A stretch of 64,000 nt of DNA from a virus (taxonomy: Duplodnaviria; Caudoviricetes), in IMG/VR virus record IMGVR_UViG_3300005512_000003. One strand, written 5' to 3'. The first letter of the stretch is position 1. The number at the start of each line of letters is the position of its first letter. The notes under the pieces were generated by a model. That model saw only the letters and a list, made by a program, of their open reading frames with translations, was not told the DNA's origin and searched no databases. The position numbers were made by a program, and so were the translations under genes. Below, in pieces: positions 45,576 to 57,500 of the stretch.

Positions 45576-48500
45576 ATGGTAAAAAGAGTTAAAATCAGTT
45601 CCGTAATCGAGAGCCAACTCCCTGCATTTGTAAGGGAAGATTTTCCTCGTGTAGCAGAGTTTTTACAAGAATATTATAGATCTCTTGACAGTCAAAGTGG
45701 AACATTAGACCTTCTTCACAATATTGACAAATATGTCAAGGTTGAGGAGATGACAAACCTCAATCATGAGACGACATTGACATCTAATGTCTCAAGATTT
45801 GATAATACCATTGAAGTTGCTGATACAACTGATTTTCCTGAGACTTATGGTCTGATTCAGATTAACTCAGAAGTTATTACATACACTGGAAAAACATCTA
45901 CGTCGTTCACTGGGTGTGTTCGTGGTTTTTCTGGTATTACATCGTATAGAAGTCAAAATAAACCAGACTCTTTGGTTTTTTCTGACACTGCTATTGGTAA
46001 ACATTCTAGCGGTGCAACAGTTAAGAACCTTAGCACTTTATTCTTCAAAGAGTTTTTAAGAAAAACAAAAAATCAAGTAACTCCAGGATTTGAAGACCGA
46101 GAGTTATATTCTGGTATTAATCAAAACCTTTTCATAAAGCAGTCAAGGGATTTTTACGAATCAAAAGGTACTGATCAATCCTTTGAGATTCTTTTCCGCG
46201 CTTTGTATGGAAAGGATGTAGAAATACTGAAACCTAGGGATAATCTCTTTCAACCATCTGATGCTCAATACAGCGTTACTCAAGATTTAGTTGTAGAGGC
46301 AGTTACTGGGGACCCACTAAATCTTCAGAATAAAACTCTGTTTCAAGACGCTGGTTCTGGGTTTGAAGAAGCAAGAGGATCTGTAACCAAGTCTGAACAA
46401 TTCGTAAAAGATGGAAAGACTTACTACAAGTTAAGTCTTGACTACGACTTTGACAAAGATATTAACGTATTTGGATCTCTTTTTGGTGAATTTCAAGTTC
46501 ATCCAAAAACCAGAGTCATTACAGCAGTATCTGCTGGTGCTACTATTCTTGATGTTGATTCAACGGTAGGTTTTGGAACTAATGGAACTTTAGTTATTGA
46601 TAGTTCTGCTGGAACTGCTACTGAAGTCACATACACTTCAAAAACATTAAATCAGTTCTTTGGTTGTGCAAATGTCCCTGATGTTTTATCAGAAACTGAA
46701 GCAAGAACTAATGTTACTGCATATGGATATCAAGGTCCTGGTGCGACTAATCCTATTACTGTCAGAGTTGGTGCAGTTTTATCTGATATTGAGTTTGATC
46801 CCACTACAAATGGTCTTAAAGATAAAGATTCGCTAAAAATTGATTCTCTTGGAAAAAGAGCACTTGATAGCAAGTCAAACAACTGGATATTTAATATTCC
46901 TGCAGTTTATGATATAAAATCAGTAACTCTTGTTGATAGTTCAGACTTTACTTACAGATTCCAAACATTTGATGCTTTAACATTATATGATGGTGATTCT
47001 ATTGATGTATTGACTCAAACGGGTGTTAGAATCACGAGTCAAATAACTTCTATTGAAAATGAGAATACTTTTCAGGTAAGAGTTGGGCAGCAACTTATTG
47101 AAACCCAAAAACACACTATTTTTAAAAACCTGACAAAGGTAAACGCCACTAACTTTCCTCAAACAAACGACAATAACGCAAACGTTCAAAACGCATATCT
47201 TGATGGTAATGATGACCTTTATATTGCATCTCCATCACTTCCTGCATATTTCAGACAGGAGTTAAAGGTAAAGGATCGTTCCATTAGTTTTAGTGGAACG
47301 TATACCGATGCAGAAGTTATTGATATTGGGTTCCATGGACTATACACTGGGGACTCTGTTGTTTATATTCCAGGATCTGGAACAAATAAACTCAATATTG
47401 ATGCTGGAACTTATTTTGTAAAGAGAGTTTCTTCAAACGAAGTATCTCTGTATAGAAGTAGAGCAAATATCTTTAACAATGTCTTTATTGCCATTACTGG
47501 AACGGTAACTGATAACAAGTTTGAGTTGTTTAGACTTTCTGGTCAAACTTTAGAATCTCAAAAGTTAATCAGAAAGTTTCCACCACCAGAAGATAGTCAG
47601 TTTATCAACAAGACTACTGCTGGTCAAATTGGTATGTTGGTAAATGGTGTTGAGATTTTAAACTATAAGTCTCCAGACTCCATTTTCTATGGACCTATCG
47701 AAAATATTATTGTAACTTCTCCTGGTTCTGGTTATGATGTTGTAAATCCTCCAATATTGGGTATTACTGATCCTGTTGGTACTGCAGCGACAGGTTTGAT
47801 CGCGGTAGAGGGATCCTTTGAAGAAATACGAGTAGTTGATGGTGGATTTGACTATATTGGTACACCCGTAATCACAGTAACTGGTGGTGGGGGAAGAGGT
47901 GCTACGGCAGAAGCAGATATGCTCACTGTTAAGCACGTAAATAACTTCAATGCATTTGGAGATTCTGGTCGAGTTGACCTTAGCAATAATACGATTGGTT
48001 TCTCATCATTCCATAAGTTCAGAAATGGCGAGGCAGTAATATATTCTACTGGCGGTGCATCCAATGTTGGTGGAATCTCAACAGATTCTGAATATTTTGT
48101 ATCCACACTTGAGAGTGATACTTATATAAAACTTCACTATACTGAGTCAGATGCAATCGCTGGCATTAATACGGTTAATTTGACTTCATATGGTGAAGGA
48201 ACTCATTCTTTCACCGCAGTTAAGAGAAAGAGAGTTATCAACAGCATTAAAGTAACCAATGCTGGTTCTGGATATAAAAATAGAGCGATTCAAGTAAGTT
48301 CTAGCAATATTAACACATATTCTGATACCATCTTCTCAAAAAATCACGGATATTCTGATGGAGATCTTCTTGTTTATTCTTCGACTGGTATTTCCGCTGA
48401 TGGATTAGATGAGGGATCAAAATATTATGTGACTAGAGTTGATGGTGATAGTTTTAGATTGTCTCCTGTTGGAGTTGGTACTACAGTAGCAAAAGATTTT

Positions 48501-51500
48501 TATTTTACAACCAAACAACATATTAATATTACGGGTCAGGGAACTGGTACTCACTCATTTAACTATGAACCCATTGAAGTTAAAGTAGATGGTGTTATTG
48601 GTATTACAACATTCTCTGGTCAAGATTTTGATGCAAAACTGCAACCTATTGTAAGGGGTGAAATAACTGGGGTATCTTTGTCAAATAATGGTATTGGTTA
48701 TGGTAGCAGTGAAATCATTGGAGACAATAGACAACCATTATTTACTTTTAACAGAGGATCTGGTGCAATATTAGAACCAGTAGTTATTAATGGAACTATT
48801 ATTGAAGTTGTTATCAAATCTGGAGGATCTGGATATAACTCACCACCTTCTCTCACTGTTTTGGGTGATGGAGAAGGTGCCGAGTTAGTTCCAGTTATTA
48901 CTAATGGTGCAATCACCGACGTAGAGATTGCAAACAGTGGTTACAACTATACAAATAGTAAGACCAGTATTAGCATAACACCAGCTGGATCTGGTGCAGC
49001 ACTTCAGGCATCCATTAAGAACTGGGTAATCAACTTATTTGAAAGATCCCTGCAAGTTCCAAACATTACTGATGATGATGGATTTATCGCAGAAGGATTG
49101 AACCCAGAGTATGGTTTGCAATATTGCCACATTTATGCGCCAAGAAAGTTCAGACAAAATGTCTATAGAGAGGTTACTAGACTTGATAAGCAAGTTTTCG
49201 TTCCTGACCTTATCATTGATAGCACAACTTCTTCTGAAATAGCATCTAAAAATCACTCACCAATCATTGGATGGGCGTATGATGGTAATCCAATCTACGG
49301 ACCATATGGATATGATAAAGCAACTGGTGGAGTTGTCAGAGCAATGGTCTCTGGTTATGAAAGAGTAACACCTGATAATCGTCCCCCTGTAGGAAAGTTT
49401 CCAAAGGGATTCTTGATTGATGACTATACCTTCACTGGTAGTGGTGATCTTGACAAGTACAATGGCAGATTCTGCGTAACTCCAGAATATCCAAATGGTA
49501 CATATGCATATTTTGCCACCATTTCTAATGGTGCAGTGGAATCTGTTGGACCATTTAGAGGATACAAACTTCCTCAGTTCCCATATTTCATTGGTGATGA
49601 GTTTAGATCATCTCCGATAGATTTTAACTTTAAAAAGAATTCAAATCAAGATGACTTTGATGTCATTTCCAACAAACTTGTAAGAAATACAACTCCATAT
49701 AACACAAAGTCATCTACCCAAAGGTATCCATATTATCTTGATCCAACAACCATTCAAGAGCACAATAGTGTTATTGATGATGTCAAGGCAGGAAAGGTTG
49801 AGTCTGTTAAAGTTAAAAAAGAAGGTCTTGATTATAAAGTAGATGATATAGTTAGATTTGATAACTCTGGAACTAGTGGAAGACAAGCAGCTGCTAAAGT
49901 TTCAAGAATTAAAGGTGTAACTGTAACTGGAGTTGCAGTTTCCACAAAACAAATCACTGATATTGAGTTTAGTCAATCTGGAAGAACTGGAGTTCTTGTC
50001 GGTTATGCTACTCAACCACATGATTTTAAAAATAATGACGAAGTAACGATCAGTGGTCTTTCAACAACCAACACAGGTCTTCAAAGGTTTTTCTCCATTG
50101 AAGTTCCAAGAAATAGTCTTGTATTGAGGTCTGGCATCGGAACCACTGGTGCAACGGGCATGGTGACCTTTGTAAGCGTCTCTGGTGACCTTTCTGCTAT
50201 CGCTAGTGATGACGTTTATGTGCTTGGTGATGAGAAAGTTCGGGTCCTAAACGTTGACTCCAAGAGTTCTCGTTTGAGAGTTGAAAGAAAATATGGAGGC
50301 ACAACAGGTGCTGCACATACAGCAACAACATTTGTCACCGAAGATCCAAGAAGACTTTTTGTTAATGTTGGATATTCCGAAAAACTTGATCTGTTCCCAA
50401 ATGTCAAGCTGTATTTTGATCCAAAAGAAACGTTTGCACAACAATCTGTAGGAGTTGCATCAACTAACATTGTTTCAGTTTCTTTTGCAAATCCAGGTTC
50501 TGGTGCAACATCTGTCTCTTTAACTGCATCACAACTTTACATTCCAAATCACGGATTGAGAACTAACAGTAAGTTACTCTATAATGCAAATGGTTCAGAT
50601 GGAATCAGAGTTTCACTTGCTCTCACATCTCAGTTTGGAACTGGATTTAACGTTGGATTCAATACATTTACTCTTGCAGATAACTCCATAGTATATGCTG
50701 CAAGATTCTCTAATGATATTATTGGCATCGCTACAAATCCTATTGTTACAAATAATGCTGGAGGATTTGTTGGAATCGGATCCACAACACAAGGATTATT
50801 ATTCTTTGAGGGTTATGGGTCAGGAGATAAGCATAGTTTAGTAACCGATTATTCCAATACACTTTCTGGACTGATTAATAGAAATGTTGTAACTGTTTCT
50901 ACAGCATCAACTCATAACTTGGTTGCAAATGAAACTGTAAAACTTGACGTTTTCCCAGGAATAACAACAACTATCAAGTTGTCTTATAATGAAGTAGCAA
51001 GAAGAGTCGTTGGAAACAGACTTAACTTTGTTAAAACTGCGGTTGATTTGCTTGAGAATACAATAACGATTGAAAATCATGGATTTGTAACAGGACAAAA
51101 AGTAATATATCAATCTGCACTTTCATCTGCAGATAGAATTATTGATTCAGATACTACTGTTGATGTACCTACCGTTTTCCCATCTCCTCTTGAGGTAGAA
51201 AAACCATTTACTCTTAGGGCAACATTAAATGGTGTTATTATTGTTGACGCTGATGCTATTCCTAGCAACAGCATCTTCTACGTTGTTGTTGAAGACTACA
51301 ATACGATTAAACTTGCATCTACTTATTACAATGCAGTAAAGAGCAATCCAGAAATTGTTGATATGATCTCCAATACTTTTGGTGATCTTGCTCCTATCAA
51401 TCCTCCTGTCGCACTTATTAGAAATCAAACTGTAGAGTTTGATCTTTCAGATTCTTCATTGTCTTACAGAAGAGGATCTATTGATTATCCTGCATTTGAG

Positions 51501-54500
51501 TTTAACCTTTTCACAGATTCAAACTTTAAAAATAAGTTCTTCTCAAGTACTGCTACATCAAACTTTGAAGTAACGTCTACAGGAAAAATTGGAACATCTG
51601 GTGCTAAAGTTTCTGTATTAGTATCAGATAATCTGCCTAAGAATCTTTATTATAAGTTGGATCCTGTTGATGTAATAAACACTCCAGAATCTAAACAGCA
51701 AATATTAGTTGATGATGAGAATGTACCCAATAACAATGCCATCATTATTACAACTAGTATATTCAGTGGTAATCATAGAGTCACTGGAGTCGGTACAACT
51801 TCTATTCAGTATAATGTTCTACTAAGACCTGAAAAAGAAAGTTATAATAGATCTGAAGCAGTCATGACATATGATACTGCTTCAAGAAGAGCTATTGGAC
51901 CTATCAGTGAGGTTTCTGTAAGAAGTGGAGGCAGGGGATATGAAGTTCTTCCTGCAATCACAAGTATTGGATCTACATGGGGAAGAAATGCAATATTAGA
52001 ACCAACATCAGATTCTATTGGTAGAGTCAAATCTTATTGCATTAATGACATTGGATTTGATTATCCATCTGATCCAACTTTAAGACCAACTCTAAACATT
52101 CCTCAGGTTCTAAAACTGGAACCTCTAACCACTATTGAGAGAATTGGAATAACCTCAGTTGGAGTTGGATACGGAATCGCTCCAGACTTAGTTTTCATTG
52201 ATGGTAATACTGGAAAAGTTGTAGACGTTGATCTATCTTATAATATTGGAGATCGTTTCGTAACTATTCGCAAGAATAGCACCGAAATATACAATACAAC
52301 TCCAGCGATTATTCCCATCAATAATACAAATGGTGTTGGTATTAGTTCTATATTCTATGATAGTGGATTAAAAACTGTTGAGATAATCTTAGATACAGTT
52401 GGTTATAGCACCTCCAGTGCATTCCCATTTGATGTTGGGGACAAAGTTTTTATTGAAAATGTAAGTGTTGGTGTTGGTAGTACTGGAAAAGGATTCAACT
52501 CTGTAAACTATGAGTATAAGTTGTTCACTGTTACATCAACCGATCCAAACATAGGTGGAGCAGAACCAAGAGTTAAGTATAGTCTTGATGGCGACTTAAC
52601 TGATGGAAAAGTACCTGGATTGTTTGATGCTGCCAACTCTGCTGGTAGAATCATTCCAGAAAAATATTTCCCCATCTTTAATGTAACTCTTAGAAAAAAC
52701 ACCTTTATTGAAGGTGAAACGATAAAGAGTGGATCAAAAGAAGGTATTGTTGAAAGTTGGAACTTTAGAGGAGATGACCTGAACGTAAGAGTTACCTCTG
52801 ATGATTTCTTTGAAGTTAATGATACTGTAAGAGGAACTACAAGTGGTTCTGTTGCAGCGATATCATCTAATAAGATGTATAAGGCGAACTATACAACAAA
52901 AGCAACAAGTATCGTCGAAAATGGATTCAATCAAGATACTGGAGTCCTGAACCTTGATTTACAAAGACTTCACGATAATGATTATTATCAGTATTTCTCA
53001 TACTCTGTAAAATCAGAAGTAGATCTTGAAGATTGGGACAATGCTGTAAGTGCTCTCGATCACACTGCTGGATTTAAGAAGTTTAGTGATCTTCAACTGG
53101 TATCTGCAGGTGCAACTGATAGAGATGGAAACTCTGGTATTAGAACAGACCAAAATGATGGTGACTTCTTAGGAATTGCCAACATTGATCAAGAGATTGA
53201 TCTTAACTGTGTCAATGATTTTGATTTGGCGACAGAGAATAACATCTTTATTGATGGTCAAGTTCGTTCCGATGAAATAATTCTAAACTCTAGAGAGATT
53301 CAAGATTACTTTGAATCTGTTGGAAACAGAGTTCTGATGATTGACGACATCAGTGATCAGTTCAATGACAGACCAAGACCTACAAGATACTCAGTTATTG
53401 ATGAGTTCCCCATTGTTGGCGACAACGTAATCAGAGCAAGGAAGTATCTCCTCTTCATTCGCGACAGAAGATTTACTGAAACTAGAGAAAACATCTTTGT
53501 TTCTATTCTTCACGACAATACTTTTGGATATCTTAACCAGTATGGTCGAGTTGAAACTGTCGAAGATATGGGTTACTTCGACTTTGATATTGTCAATGGA
53601 AATGGAAGACTTTTGTTCTACCCTGAAAAGTTCAGAGTAAACAACTTTGATATTACATTTACCGCATATGGTGTTAAAGATGGAATTCTTGGTGTCGGCG
53701 CAACAGCACTTGGTGATGTAGCTGAAATCAGAACAACTCAGGTTGGTGTTGAAACTGGAAAAGTAACTCCTATTGTTTCTATTGCAAACACTTATAGGGC
53801 GTCTAAACTCCTGATTGAGATTACTACTGATGATCAACGTTATGAATTTGATGAGTTCACTCTCATCCACGATGGAAATAACAACTGCGGTGAGATTGAA
53901 GCAGTAGAATATGCTCAGTTAACCACTCACTCTCGCGATGATGCAAGTAGTGTTGGTCTTGGAACTTACAGTCTTGTATGTGGTGCAGGAAACACTCAAT
54001 CTTATGATGTTGGTTTAAGCACAGCATTGTTTGCTACTCTGACTGGTTTCTCCACTGCTGTTAGCGGAACTGGTATTGGAACTGATGGCGGATTCTCAAT
54101 CGGACAGCACCTCAAAATCACAGGAACAACTGGCATAGGAACTTCGGCAAGAGTTGCTATATCAACCGCCTTGGATCTTCAAACAGTAGACACATTTGTG
54201 TTAACTGGTGTTGCTGGTAATGATAACAATGGTGGTTCACGACCAATGACCGCTATTGGTAGAAATGAATCTTTGAAACTTCAATATAGCACTAATGGAG
54301 GAACAACTTTTGTCGGTCTTGGTACGATTATTGGATCAACAGATGTTTCTGCTCCTCTCAGGACATATGAGATTTCACTTCCAACTGAAGCAAGAACATC
54401 TTCAACCATTATTAGACTTGAGCAACCAACTTCAAATGGTGGCACTGATGATGAGTTTGGTATTACTCATATTGGATTTACCAATACAACCATTGAACAA

Positions 54501-57500
54501 AATGATATTGTAGTTAACTTCCACCCATATGCTGGAGTTGCTTGCACGGTTGATGTTTTAAGAGTATCCATTGCTGACACCACAGCAACTGGTATTGGTA
54601 CAACCACTCTTAATACTGCTATTATTGATTCTCACTATACATCCATTGCATCTACTGACTCTCCTGTAGCAAATGTCGTTGCAACCTATGATGCTACTGT
54701 CTACAACGGTGGTTACTACATTGTAACTGTTGAAGACCTTACAAATGGATGGTCTCAGGTTTCTGAGTTGATGGTTGCAAACAACGAAGAGTTCAACAAT
54801 ATCACCGAGTTTGGTGAGATTATCACTATGGTAACTCTTGGTGAGTTTGGTGTACAAAGGACCGCAGACACCGTTCAGGTGACCTTTGAACCCAATCCAG
54901 ACGCTGATATGGAGGTCAGAGTCTTCCAGAACGCAATGCGCCTTGTAGATCCTCTGAACGGGGTTACAACGATTGATCTGAATCAGGGTACAGTTCAAAC
55001 AGGAGCAGCAGAATACTTCGGAACTGAAAATGATATTAAGCGTTCCTTTGAGTTAACTCATCAGTCACGCCCAATCTTTAGAAGAGTAATTAATCCAACT
55101 GCTGCAGGTATTGTAAGTATAACTGATAATACTATCAGAATACCCCAAAACTTCTTCGTAACTGGTGAGGAGGTAGAGTACACTGCAGCTGATAGGTTCA
55201 TTCAACCAGATCCTATCGGAATTGCCACAACCACTATTGCTGGCGTATCTACGGATAAGTTGCCATCTACTCTTTATATTGTAAAGGTTGATGAGTTAAA
55301 TGTTCAGGTTGCTGCTAGTGCTTCAGAGGCATTATCAGTTCCTCCATCAGTATTAGACATCACTTCTGTTGGTGTTGGAACGATTCATAGATTTGATGCT
55401 AAGAAGCAAAAAACGAAAGGTCTGATTGCTCTTGACAATATGATTCAGTCTCCTATTGCAGACACTAGTGTCTCAGTGGGTCTTGTCACAACAGTTCGAC
55501 CAACTACCGACAGAATCACTCTTTCTGGAATCACTTCAATCTTTGCTGGCGATCTACTACAGATAAATGATGAGATTATGAGAGTTGCCACGGTTGGCGT
55601 GGGAACAACAAATGTACTGATTGTTAACAGACCTTGGATGGGTACTGGACTTGGTACTCACCAGAGTGGTGACACCGTTACGAAGATTATTGGTAACTAT
55701 AACATTCAGGATAACCAACTTCACTTTGCTGCAGCACCTTACGGAGCATATCCTCTCAGCACGACTAGTGGATCCGTAGATGAAAGAGATTGGACAGGAG
55801 TTACTACACATACCACCTTTAGTGGAAGAATCTTCACTAGAACTTCTCAAGAAGGATCTGATCTTGAACCATATACTTACAACACAATTTTTGATGATAT
55901 CTCAGAAGAGTTCAATGGTATCACAACATCATTTGTTCTCACCTCTGGTAAAAACAACGTAACAAACGTTGCTGAAGATAATGGCATTGTTCTCATTAGA
56001 GACATCTATCAAGGTCCAAGAAGAGCAGATGATATTGTTGTTATTGGTGGAGATTATGAACTAACTGAAGGATCTGGTATTACCACTGCAATATTCCAAG
56101 AACAAGATCTTGGAGTTAAGTATGATAATAACACAAACAAGATACCCCGTGGTGGTCTGATTGTTTCTGTTGGTTCAACACAAAGTCGTGGTTATCAACC
56201 TCTGATTGGTGCAGGAGCAACTGCTACTGTATCTGGTGGGGCAATCACTACTATTTCTATTGGAAACACTGGTTCTGGTTACAGAGAATGGTATGGAACT
56301 GAAACTTTAGTTCGTGCATATAATCCAGTTACTGGAACTTCTTCAACTGTTGGTGTAGCAACAGTATTTGATGGACATATTACTGGAGTAAGATTAGATT
56401 CTCCAGGAACTGGATATTCATCAGCAGATCTCCCAACTATTTCAATTGATCCCCCAGCAGGATATGCAAGTATCCCAATGGTATACTCCAATGATTATCC
56501 AAATAATAGTGGAGTTGGAACTGGTTTAGTTGTTGATATAACGGTCGGACAAGGTTCAACTGTCATTGATTTTGATATTGTAAACTATGGATTTGGATAT
56601 AGGCAGGGAGACATTCTCACTATTCCTAGAACTGGTATTGGAAGTATACCTCTGGACAGTGGCATTGGACATATTGAGTTTACTCTTACTGTACAAAAAA
56701 CTTATAAGGATGAGTTTAGTGGGTGGGCTCTTGGAAACTTCCAAAGGTTTGATGATATTTCGGACCTCTTTAACGGGTTTAGAACAGAGTTCCCAATCAA
56801 GATTAATGGAGTAAGAACTTCTATCCGTGCAAGAACTGGTTCTCAACTAGACGTTCAGGCATCACTGCTTGTTTTCATTAATGATATTTTACAAGTTCCT
56901 GGTGAAGGTTACATCTTTAATGGTGGTTCTACTATCACCTTTACAGAAGCTCCTATGGGATATGACGCAAGTGCTCCATATAATGGAGATACTGTCAAGA
57001 TTATATTCTACAGAGGCACAAAAGATGTTGACGTTGTTTTCGTAGACATCCTTGAGACTATTAAAGTAGGTGATACTGTTGAACTTTATGATGACTATCC
57101 CGTCTATGATGAGGATCCAAGACTTGTTGTTGATATCACTGCAACAGATACATTAGAAACCAATGTATATCCTGGTCCTGGAATATCAACAGATCTCTCA
57201 TATAAGAGAGCACTGCAATGGTGCAGACAAACTGAAGATTTGATTATTAATGATCAACCTGTTGCTAAAGATAGAGAAATCTACAAGGCACTTGTAAACC
57301 CAGCAGCTGCTATTCTTCAGGATGTTGGTGTTGGTGATACAACAATCTATGTTGAGAACGTTAAGACTTTCTTTGATAGCACCAAAGAAAATGCACAAAA
57401 CCTTATTGAGAACACTATTGAGATTATTGACCAAGACGCAGTATGTGCTGCCGCTGCTACCGCTGTAGTATCTGCTGCTGGAACCATCTCTTCCATCGTT

